From Rhizobacter sp. (GTDB lineage Bacteria; Pseudomonadota; Gammaproteobacteria; Burkholderiales; Burkholderiaceae_C), in contig JANMTL010000297.1 in NCBI GenBank assembly GCA_031390425.1, positions 1,055 to 65,054 on the forward strand: 64,000 nucleotides of DNA, given 5' to 3'. This document shows positions 27,648 through 35,506 of this stretch, piece after piece; within the stretch, counting starts at the first letter, position 1, and each line of letters starts with the position of its first letter. The position numbers and the translations under genes are program-made. The notes beneath the pieces are model-generated. The model saw only the letters and a program-made list of their open reading frames with translations, made no database searches and had not been told where the DNA came from.

Positions 27648-29930
27648 ATGCTCATTCAACGTCACGTCTTCGCGGTCATCGCCTTGGTGGTTTGCCAGAT
27701 TTCCTGCGCCACCCGAGGGGCAGAGACCGGAGGATTGTCCGCAAAAGACCGGTTGATGGCACAAGAGGCTGCAGCACCCACGTCGCCGACCGAAGCTGCT
27801 CCGGCCGCACCGCTCGTGCGGACGCTTGACGGCGCTCCGCCAGCAGCAGCGTTCGACGACTCGCCTGTTAGCAAGTCCGTCGCCGTTCGCGGCACCGATC
27901 GGGTAATCGCGCCCCCGGCGGCGACGCCTGGCTTGGAAGGCCCTGAAAGCGCATTCAAGTTCGAGGAAACGCCGATCGCCGATGTGGCGCATCTGATCCT
28001 TGGCCAGATACTCAAAGTCGACTACGTGCTGCACAAGCCACTCACCGGCACCGTGACGCTGTCAACCAAAGCAAGCGTGTCTGCCGACCAGGCCGTGGCC
28101 CTCCTTGAAGGCGCACTGCAGGCCAACGGGTTGCTGATGGCGCGGGACTCCCGAGGCGTCTACCACGTCGGTCGGGCAGAGGCTCTCAAAGGCATCGTTT
28201 CAACGCCCCGGCAGGCCGGCGGAGGCGGCCCTTTACCGCCAGGCTACGGCACCGTGATCGTGCCGCTTGAAAACATCGGCGCAGCAGAAATGGCGACGAT
28301 CCTGCGCCCGATGATTGCGCCCGAAGCGCTGGTGCGGGTCGACACGTTGCGCAATCTGCTGGTGCTGGTCGGCACCCGAAATCAGGTCGAAGGTTGGCTT
28401 GAAATGGTGTCGACCTTCGACATCGACTTGCTGAAGGGCATGTCGATCGGTGTCTTTCCGCTGAAGTACGCCTCCATTCGAGACGTCGAATCAACGCTGC
28501 GCATGATCACTCCCGGGTCCGCCACGCCACCAGCGGCCAGCGGGAACGCCCAGAGCCCACTAACGACACCTGGCACGTCGCCCACGGCATTGATCGACAC
28601 GCCGACACTGCTGGGTGGCGTGCGCCTGATCCCGATTGAAAGAATCAACAGCATCATCGTCGTCACCCCGAAAGCCGCCCGCCTCGAAGACATGCGTCGC
28701 TGGATCGACCGCCTGGATCAACCGACCAACAGTGCCGAATCGCAGCTTTTCGTGTACCCCGTTCAGAACGGCTCGGCGCGGCATTTGGCCAAAGTGTTGA
28801 ACGGGATTTTCGGGACGGAGTCCAGCCCGACTGATTCCAACGAATCGAGCTCCGGCGTAGCGCCCGGACTGTCATCCGTCACCGCGGGTCAAGGCGCTCC
28901 ATTGGGTGCCGGCTTTGCGTATTCCGGCGGCGGCGGTACAGGAGGCGGTGGCGGGATCAATGCGGGCACGTCGCGTCAGGCGGGTTCTGCGGCGTCGAAT
29001 GCTCAGTCGGTGACGGCTGTCGCCCTGGGACTCGGCACGCGCCTGATTGCGGACAACCTCAATAACGCAATATTGGTGTATGGAAGCCGCGGCGACTACA
29101 AGAAAATCGAAGACACGCTGCGCAAACTCGACGTGCCGCCGACCCAGGTCCTGATCGAGGCGAGCATCATCGAAGTCACCCTCAACGATGACCTGCAATA
29201 CGGCGTGCAGTGGTTGTTCACGGACAGTTCGTCTGGCAGCACCAATGGCACGGGCGTCCTCAGCACACGCGGCGGCGGCATCCTCGGCGGCCCGTTGGCC
29301 GGGTTTTCTTACACGCTGCGCAACTCTCTCGGCAATGTGCGGGCCGTGTTGAATGCGCTCGCGGAGAAGTCGCTGGTCAAGGTCATTTCGAGCCCCTCTT
29401 TGATGGTTCTCGACAACCACACGGCGGCCATTGCGGTTGGCAATCAACAACCGATCCGCTCTGGCGAGACCGTCTCGACGGGCGGCTTCGCAACGACTAC
29501 GATCCAGTACAAAGATACGGGCGTGTCACTCGCAGTCACGCCGTCGGTGAACGCCGGCAACATCGTCACGATGCAAATCAATCAAGGCGTCACGGACGTA
29601 GGGCAGGTCGATAGCGCGACCGGCCAGCGAACCTTTCTGCAGCGACGCATCGACAGCAAAGTGGCCATTCGCTCCGGCGAGACCCTGGTGCTGGGCGGAT
29701 TGATCCGCGACAACACGACCAACGGCAAGAGCGGGATACCGCTGCTGCAAGACATCCCCGTACTCGGCACACTGTTCGGGAGCAACAACGCGAACAAGGT
29801 TCGAACGGAGTTGCTAGTGGTCATCACGCCACGCGTAGTGCGGTCAGATCAGGACGTCAGGGAGGTCAGTGGGGAAATGCGTCAACGCATGAAGAGCTTC
29901 TCAGCCATCGAGGAGTTGCGTGATCGCTAA
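27648..29930 (+). CDS. gspD: type II secretion system secretin GspD
   Basis: 760 aa. N0 domain starting FKFEETPIADVAHLILGQILKVDY. Secretin core VISSPSLMVLDNHTAAIAVGNQQP...GIPLLQDIPVLGTLFG. The ~100 aa before N0 form a Pro/Ala-rich extension. Confidence 0.9.
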   Translation: MLIQRHVFAVIALVVCQISCATRGAETGGLSAKDRLMAQEAAAPTSPTEAAPAAPLVRTLDGAPPAAAFDDSPVSKSVAVRGTDRVIAPPAATPGLEGPESAFKFEETPIADVAHLILGQILKVDYVLHKPLTGTVTLSTKASVSADQAVALLEGALQANGLLMARDSRGVYHVGRAEALKGIVSTPRQAGGGGPLPPGYGTVIVPLENIGAAEMATILRPMIAPEALVRVDTLRNLLVLVGTRNQVEGWLEMVSTFDIDLLKGMSIGVFPLKYASIRDVESTLRMITPGSATPPAASGNAQSPLTTPGTSPTALIDTPTLLGGVRLIPIERINSIIVVTPKAARLEDMRRWIDRLDQPTNSAESQLFVYPVQNGSARHLAKVLNGIFGTESSPTDSNESSSGVAPGLSSVTAGQGAPLGAGFAYSGGGGTGGGGGINAGTSRQAGSAASNAQSVTAVALGLGTRLIADNLNNAILVYGSRGDYKKIEDTLRKLDVPPTQVLIEASIIEVTLNDDLQYGVQWLFTDSSSGSTNGTGVLSTRGGGILGGPLAGFSYTLRNSLGNVRAVLNALAEKSLVKVISSPSLMVLDNHTAAIAVGNQQPIRSGETVSTGGFATTTIQYKDTGVSLAVTPSVNAGNIVTMQINQGVTDVGQVDSATGQRTFLQRRIDSKVAIRSGETLVLGGLIRDNTTNGKSGIPLLQDIPVLGTLFGSNNANKVRTELLVVITPRVVRSDQDVREVSGEMRQRMKSFSAIEELRDR

Positions 29931-30004
29931 AAATAAGAGTGCGTCTGCGCAGACGCCGGACAAGACATCAGAAATTTACAACCGATTGAAAGATTCATTC
30001 CAAA

Positions 30005-30442
30005 ATGATGCTCAAGGTTCAATGTGTGCGACCGAAATCCAGAGGCGCAGTGTTCTATTCCTTAATTTCCGCAGTCGTTGTGTTGGTCGGAGGGTGCGCC
30101 AGTTTCACGTCGTCCACGCCGGAAGACACCGTTCGAGAACGCGCGAAACAGCGCTGGGTGGCTTTGATGAGCGGCGACACTCAAAAAGCTTACGACCTCA
30201 CCACACCGTCGTTCCGCTCGATCTCCAGCTTTAATTCGTACAAAGCCAAGTTCGGTAACAGAGTCAACTTGCTGGCCGCAGAAGTGGTTTCAGTCACCTG
30301 CGAAACAGAAAAATGCACGGCTGTCGTGCGTGTCGACGCCAGGCCATTGCTCGGTGGTGGATTCGGCAATACACTTACGACCCATGTTGACGAGACTTGG
30401 CTCTTAGAAGATGGCCATTGGTGGTTTTTTCAGAAGCTTTGA
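30005..30442 (+). CDS. small lipoprotein of unknown function (pilotin candidate)
   Basis: 145 aa. Signal peptide with lipobox LVGGC|ASF. No recognisable catalytic motifs. Located 75 nt after gspD. Confidence 0.55.
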   Translation: MMLKVQCVRPKSRGAVFYSLISAVVVLVGGCASFTSSTPEDTVRERAKQRWVALMSGDTQKAYDLTTPSFRSISSFNSYKAKFGNRVNLLAAEVVSVTCETEKCTAVVRVDARPLLGGGFGNTLTTHVDETWLLEDGHWWFFQKL

Positions 30443-30623
30443 CGATGGACCCGCATGGGAGGCCTGCATATCGAAATAAACTGACACGTGTTGCCATTGA
30501 GCAACGTTTCGCATTTGCCAGGCACTCTACCAAACAACCCGTTTTAAGCATGTGCTAGCATTTCCCAGCGCTATCAACGTCGTCAGTAGCTGCGCTGATC
30601 AACTTTTTAAATCTGGAGTTTTC

Positions 30624-32366
30624 ATGAGAAAAAATATTCTCGCTTTGAGTATCACCGCCATCGGTGGGATGGTCATGTCTGGTGCGGCATTCGCTGGCGT
30701 GCAGATTGATGCCAATGGATCAATAGTTCCGGCTTTGCCAACTGCTTCTACTGCTGTCAATTTGGCTATTAGCGCGGATGGCGCAGGGCACATTTTGTTG
30801 GTTCCTTATTTTACCGTTCAAAACGGCAATGCAACGTTGATCAACTTGGTCAATACCGATAAAACTTTCGGTAAAGCTGTGAAGGTTCGCTTCCGCGGCG
30901 CTGCGAATTCCGACGATGTTTTTGACTTCCAAGTTTTCTTGTCGCCTGGTGACGTCTGGTCTGCCAACGTGAGCAAGGGTGCTGACGGTCGTGCAGCATT
31001 GACTACCACGGACAAGTCATGCACTTTGCCCAAGAATGTAAACACGTCCTTTGTGACCGACCGATTGCCGTCGACCTATACCGCTGCTCAAAAAGCTCTT
31101 CAAACGAATGAAGGCTATGTTGAGATTTTTAACATGGGCGACATTCCTAAATCGCGTTACAGCGCGCAGACTGGTCTTGCGCCGTCGGCTTCGTCGTCAC
31201 CAGTCGGCACTGGCGATAATCCGCTGTACCAGGCCATTAAGCACGTCGGCGGTGTAGCACCATGTAACAGCACCGATTCGGTAGTTGCAGCCCAGGCAGC
31301 CGCTACGTTGGCCAGAACCGCAGTTGACACGACTGTTCATGACAACACTACCACTCCATCCAACGCCGCCTTCCAAGGTTTGGCTTTGCCATCCACCGGC
31401 TTGTTTGCAAACTGGACGATCGTCAATGTTCCAGGAACATTGACCTGGACTGGTACAGCAACGGCGATCGTTGCAACGACCAGCGCTGGTACTGCTGGCG
31501 TCGGCAATTTGGTTATGCACCCACAAACGAATGCGCTGATTGGCGCAGCCGCGGCCACAGCTCGTACCAGTGACCCACTCTTGGCCGGTGGCTTTAGAAC
31601 ATTGTCTTCTGCCGGGGTCGGCAGTGATGCAATTGCTGCTCCAATCCAGGCGGCGTTGTTCGATTTTCCTGATTTGTCGACACCTTACATCAGGGTTGCA
31701 CCCGCTGGTGCTGCTGTCACGCCGACAGGGCAGGCTTTGCAACTCACGCAATCACTTGCAGCGACTTCATTCATCAATGAGTATTTGACTGAACCCACGA
31801 TCAATGCCAAGACGGATTGGGTGTTTTCAGCGCCAACGCGCCGGTACAGTGTCGGTTTGAACTATGCAATCGTTTCTCCGGATACGACGTTTACCCGGGT
31901 CTTTTCTAGCTTGGGCGGTGCAGCACAGACGTACCTTTTCAGCGGCAACACCAGCGTGGATACCGGCTTGGGTCAGATCTGTGTATTGAATATCAACCCG
32001 ACCTACCAGGATAGGGAAGAGAATGTTCCTGTCGACGTCACGGATTTCGTGATTTCCCCGGGCGCGCTTGGCGCACCATTGACGTTTTGTGGTGAGGTCA
32101 GTGTGTTGAGTTTCAACAATACGGCCGGAACGTCGGTTCTTGGTGCGTTGATTGCACGTAAGGATATTGATCTGGCGTTTAAGAATGGCTGGGCAACCAT
32201 CGCCACCCCGGGTAACGGAGGTAACGGCTTGGCAGTGATCGGCGCTTCATTCATGAGCGCCTTCAACGGCAATGCCACCCCGGGTGTCTCAGGTAATTAT
32301 GGTTTGTCGTTCCAGCATCGGTACGAGCGTGTGGCTCCTGTAGCGGCACCAACACCAGCACCTTGA
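30624..32366 (+). CDS. 580-aa secreted Ala/Thr/Gly/Ser/Asn-rich protein of unknown family (candidate T2SS cargo / surface-layer-like protein)
   Basis: GGAG RBS 7 nt before ATG 30624. Sec signal MRKNILALSITAIGGMVMSGAAFA|GVQ. Few charged residues and few Cys. Followed by a strong terminator. AT-richer than the surrounding genes. Confidence 0.7.
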   Translation: MRKNILALSITAIGGMVMSGAAFAGVQIDANGSIVPALPTASTAVNLAISADGAGHILLVPYFTVQNGNATLINLVNTDKTFGKAVKVRFRGAANSDDVFDFQVFLSPGDVWSANVSKGADGRAALTTTDKSCTLPKNVNTSFVTDRLPSTYTAAQKALQTNEGYVEIFNMGDIPKSRYSAQTGLAPSASSSPVGTGDNPLYQAIKHVGGVAPCNSTDSVVAAQAAATLARTAVDTTVHDNTTTPSNAAFQGLALPSTGLFANWTIVNVPGTLTWTGTATAIVATTSAGTAGVGNLVMHPQTNALIGAAAATARTSDPLLAGGFRTLSSAGVGSDAIAAPIQAALFDFPDLSTPYIRVAPAGAAVTPTGQALQLTQSLAATSFINEYLTEPTINAKTDWVFSAPTRRYSVGLNYAIVSPDTTFTRVFSSLGGAAQTYLFSGNTSVDTGLGQICVLNINPTYQDREENVPVDVTDFVISPGALGAPLTFCGEVSVLSFNNTAGTSVLGALIARKDIDLAFKNGWATIATPGNGGNGLAVIGASFMSAFNGNATPGVSGNYGLSFQHRYERVAPVAAPTPAP

Positions 32367-32398
32367 TGTGACTGCTTAATCGCGTAAACTGCGATTGT

Positions 32399-32426
32399 AA
32401 AGGGCGGGGTTTCCCCGCCCTTTTTC
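32399..32426 (+). terminator. rho-independent terminator after the secreted-protein gene
   Basis: Stem gggcgggg/ccccgccc (32402-32409 and 32413-32420) with a short loop, followed by TTTTT. Confidence 0.8.
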
Positions 32427-32494
32427 TATTGTCGGTGCCCTATTTGACTCAGTTGGGCGACTGGCTCAACCAAACAACGCAACCTATTGCTTAC

Positions 32495-33373
32495 ATGTTC
32501 AACCTATCTGTCAACTCACTCAAATCAGCGCTGCTTGTCGTCTGCATGGCGCACACGGTGGCCATGGCAGAACCGGCCGTCGTGGTCTCAGGCCCCGGTG
32601 TCAGCGTTGACAGCTCAGACTTGAGCGCCGATGCGCAACGGATTCCCGCGGAGTCCCGAAAGAAGCTGTTGAACAAGCCCGAGAATGTAGTTCAGATGGC
32701 GTCGAACTTGTACGTCCGTCGTGCGTTGGCGGCGGAAGCTGAAACTGCCGGACTGGGCAATGATCCTATAGTCGCCGCAGCAATCAGGCTGGCCAAGGAA
32801 CGCATCCTGTCGGACGCTCGGATGGCGCAACTGGATCTGAAAAACACCCCGCCCAACGACGCGTTGGATCAATTTTCGTTGGCCCGGTATCGAAGCAACA
32901 TCAATCAATATGAAACACCCGCTCAACTCAGCGCGCGACATATTCTGATCAAATCAAAAACCGCAGACGCCCGGGCAAAGGCGGAGAAACTACTTTCCGA
33001 GTTGAAAAGGGGCGCCGATTTCGAGAGTTTGGCAAAGGCAAACTCAGAAGACGCCTCGGCGTCGAAAGGCGGAGACCTGGGTTTCTTTCCACGCGGACGC
33101 ATGATCGCCCCGTTCGAAGCAGCAGTTTTTGCGCTGGCCAAACCCGGTGATCTCAGCGGGATCGTAGAAACAGAAGTCGGCTTTCATATCATCAAACTCG
33201 AGGCCAAGCAAGAAGCGACGGTCAAGCCATTTGAAGAAGTGCGTGATCAATTGCGCAAAGAGACCTTGGCCAATCTATTGAGTGACGCCCGCGGAAGAGA
33301 ATCGCAGCGCGTGCTCAACGGCGCCAAGTTTGAGGCAGCGGCAATCGAAGCGTTTGCAAACAGCCAGCAATGA
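32495..33373 (+). CDS. secreted parvulin-type peptidyl-prolyl cis-trans isomerase (PpiC/EpsD-like)
   Basis: Signal peptide ...VVCMAHTVAMA|EP. SurA-like N-terminal chaperone region. Parvulin core SARHILIKS...GGDLGFFPRGRMIAPFEAAVFAL...GFHIIKLE. Confidence 0.8.
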   Translation: MFNLSVNSLKSALLVVCMAHTVAMAEPAVVVSGPGVSVDSSDLSADAQRIPAESRKKLLNKPENVVQMASNLYVRRALAAEAETAGLGNDPIVAAAIRLAKERILSDARMAQLDLKNTPPNDALDQFSLARYRSNINQYETPAQLSARHILIKSKTADARAKAEKLLSELKRGADFESLAKANSEDASASKGGDLGFFPRGRMIAPFEAAVFALAKPGDLSGIVETEVGFHIIKLEAKQEATVKPFEEVRDQLRKETLANLLSDARGRESQRVLNGAKFEAAAIEAFANSQQ

Positions 33374-33446
33374 GAAGATCTGCCAACGATTTCTGATCCC
33401 CTCAAATACCTTCGATTGACGCCCACCGCCCTGCGCATCCTGATAC

Positions 33447-34241
33447 ATGCTTTGGACTGAAATCAGGGCTTTGTGGCAAGCGCGCGGGTTGGTTTGGGTA
33501 CTTACCCGGCGGGAACTTTCCGCGCGCAACGCGGGGTCGATCGCAGGCACACTGTGGTTGTACGTGCCACCGTTGATGACGATCGCTGCCTATTACCTGG
33601 TGTTCGAAATCGTCTTTTCGATGCGCCTCGGTCAACATGCTCCGGTCGAATCGGTCGGGGCGTACTTGGTGGTCGGCGCCTTGCCGTGGATGGCGTTTTG
33701 CGACGCCATCAACCGCAGCATGAGCAGCCTGATTGACGCGGGCGGCTTGCTCCAGAAAAATCCGCTTCCTCCCGCTTTGTTTCCCGCACGATCGGTGCTC
33801 GCGAGTGCGGTCGTGTTCGGGCCCTTGATTGGTTTGGTCACCATGGCGTACTCACCGATGCATCGGTGGACACCGGCCCTGGTCGCACTGTTGCCGCTCG
33901 CGCTTTTGCAGATGGCACTGTGCTGGTCGATGGGTTACTTGCTGGCGTTGCTGGCGGCTGCCTTGCGCGACGTGCTCGCCGTAGTCGGATTCATGCTGAC
34001 GGTGGGTATTTATCTATCGCCGGTACTCTTTCCCGTCACGATGTTTCCTCCCGACTGGCGCTGGATACTGTGGCTGAACCCCATGGCACCGTTGATCGGA
34101 GGTTATCAGTCGGTGCTGCTCACAGGACATTGGCCCGAGTTGAGCACCTGGGCGGTCACCGTCGTTTGGATCGTCCTGACCGTGTTGCTCCTGGAGGCGG
34201 TCGTCAAGCGCAGTCGCGATCAACTGGCGGATTGGCTGTGA
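33447..34241 (+). CDS. wzm: ABC-2 type polysaccharide export permease Wzm
   Basis: 264 aa with six hydrophobic helices and the ABC-2 family N-terminus (LVWVLTRRELSARNAGSIAGTLWLYVPP). Confidence 0.85.
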   Translation: MLWTEIRALWQARGLVWVLTRRELSARNAGSIAGTLWLYVPPLMTIAAYYLVFEIVFSMRLGQHAPVESVGAYLVVGALPWMAFCDAINRSMSSLIDAGGLLQKNPLPPALFPARSVLASAVVFGPLIGLVTMAYSPMHRWTPALVALLPLALLQMALCWSMGYLLALLAAALRDVLAVVGFMLTVGIYLSPVLFPVTMFPPDWRWILWLNPMAPLIGGYQSVLLTGHWPELSTWAVTVVWIVLTVLLLEAVVKRSRDQLADWL

Positions 34242-35500
34242 AGTCCACCGAAGTGCCTAATGCCGAGGCGAACGTCGTTCTGCGCGTGGCGCACGTAGGC
34301 AAGGAATACAAGCTCTACGACGCCCCGAAAGATCGATTTCTGGCTCTGCTGACGGGGCGCTCCAACCATCGCAGCCACTGGGCGCTGCGCGATGTCGACT
34401 TCACGGTGCATCGCGGGCAGTGCATGGGTGTAATTGGCGACAACGGCGCCGGGAAAAGCTCGCTGTTGAAGCTGATCGTCGGCACCTTGCAGCCGACCGA
34501 AGGCCGCGTGACGCGAGTCGGCCGCGTGACTGCCATCCTTGAGCTGGGCGCCGGATTCCATCCCGAATTCAGCGGCCGCGAAAACCTTTACTTCGGCGGT
34601 AGCCTGATCGGCATTTCGCACGCTGAGATGGCCCTGCTCGAACGCGAGATTCTCGATTTTTCGGAGCTGGGCGAGGCCATCGACCGGCCGGTAAAAACAT
34701 ACTCGTCGGGCATGGCGGTGCGGCTGGCGTTTGCGTTGGTCACGGCCGTGGAGCCCGACTTGCTGATCATCGACGAAGCACTCGCCGTAGGCGACCAGAA
34801 CTTCCAGAAGAAGTGCGTGCAACGCATCGACACGTTTCGTCGAAATGGCTGCACGATCCTGTTTTGTTCGCACAGCCTGTACCACATCAGACACCTGTGC
34901 GATGTGGCGCTGTGGCTGGACAAAGGCAGGGTGAAAGCATTCGGCGATACCGAAGCGGTGCTGCCGTCCTACGAGGCTCATGTGCGTGCGGGCGATCCGA
35001 CCACTGCAGAGACGGTCGATGCGTCCGACACCGGATTCAGCCGCTTGTCGACTCCGGCCGACAATCCTCCCGCGCCCGCCAAGCAGGCGGCCGAAGGCTC
35101 GGTCGCGCAACTCGTGTCCGTCGAGGTGGCGCACCTCGGCGCCGGTGAACCCCCGCTGCTCCAATCGCGCGATCTGGTGGTGACCGTCACCGCGCAGATC
35201 GAATCCGACGAGCAGCCGAGCATCGCCGTCATGCTGCAGCAGTCGCACGGTGTCGGCATCACCGCCGTGGCGACACACACCGAGGGCATCGCACCCGCAT
35301 GCCTGGGATCCGGGCGCTGGCAATCGACGCTGACTTTCCCGGAATTGCCACTGCACTCGGGCGACTACGTGGTCAGTGCCTACCTGTTCGACACGCCGGG
35401 TTTGGTTGTCTACGACGAGTGGCTGCGTTGCGTGGAATTCAAGCTGGTCTCGCCGAGTCGCCTGCCCGGTTTGGTGCGCCTGCCGCATCGTTGGTCCTGA
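34238..35500 (+). CDS. wzt: polysaccharide export ATP-binding protein Wzt with C-terminal glycan-binding-type extension
   Basis: GTG start overlapping the wzm stop (GTGA). Walker A GDNGAGKSS, signature YSSGMAVRLAFA, Walker B LLIIDEALAVGD. A ~170-aa beta-rich C-terminal domain follows. The ORF-track start 33866 is rejected. Confidence 0.85.
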   Translation: MKSTEVPNAEANVVLRVAHVGKEYKLYDAPKDRFLALLTGRSNHRSHWALRDVDFTVHRGQCMGVIGDNGAGKSSLLKLIVGTLQPTEGRVTRVGRVTAILELGAGFHPEFSGRENLYFGGSLIGISHAEMALLEREILDFSELGEAIDRPVKTYSSGMAVRLAFALVTAVEPDLLIIDEALAVGDQNFQKKCVQRIDTFRRNGCTILFCSHSLYHIRHLCDVALWLDKGRVKAFGDTEAVLPSYEAHVRAGDPTTAETVDASDTGFSRLSTPADNPPAPAKQAAEGSVAQLVSVEVAHLGAGEPPLLQSRDLVVTVTAQIESDEQPSIAVMLQQSHGVGITAVATHTEGIAPACLGSGRWQSTLTFPELPLHSGDYVVSAYLFDTPGLVVYDEWLRCVEFKLVSPSRLPGLVRLPHRWS

Positions 35501-35506
35501 CAGCTG

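Noticed and set aside
19438-29930. Alternative reading of the gsp cluster as a type IV pilus (Pil/Msh) system
   Set aside because: The cluster has a GspK-type minor pseudopilin lacking Glu+5, the GspH-I-J-K quartet and GspL/GspM-type partners. It has no retraction ATPase and follows the exact xps gene order. All of this favours T2SS. The GspL-like protein does have a PilN-like C-terminus, so a profile search is still warranted.
30443-30623. Sigma-54 or sigma-70 promoter upstream of the secreted-protein gene
   Set aside because: GGCAC and TTGCCA strings are present, but no pair of elements has correct spacing (GG-N10-GC or -35/-10 with 16-18 nt). This is left for experimental TSS mapping.
33866-34237. 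Long N-terminal extension of the wzt ORF (track start 33866)
   Set aside because: The extension lies entirely inside wzm in another frame. The GTG at 34238 overlapping the wzm stop gives a normal Wzt N-terminus (VKSTEVPNAEANVVLRVAHVGKEY).
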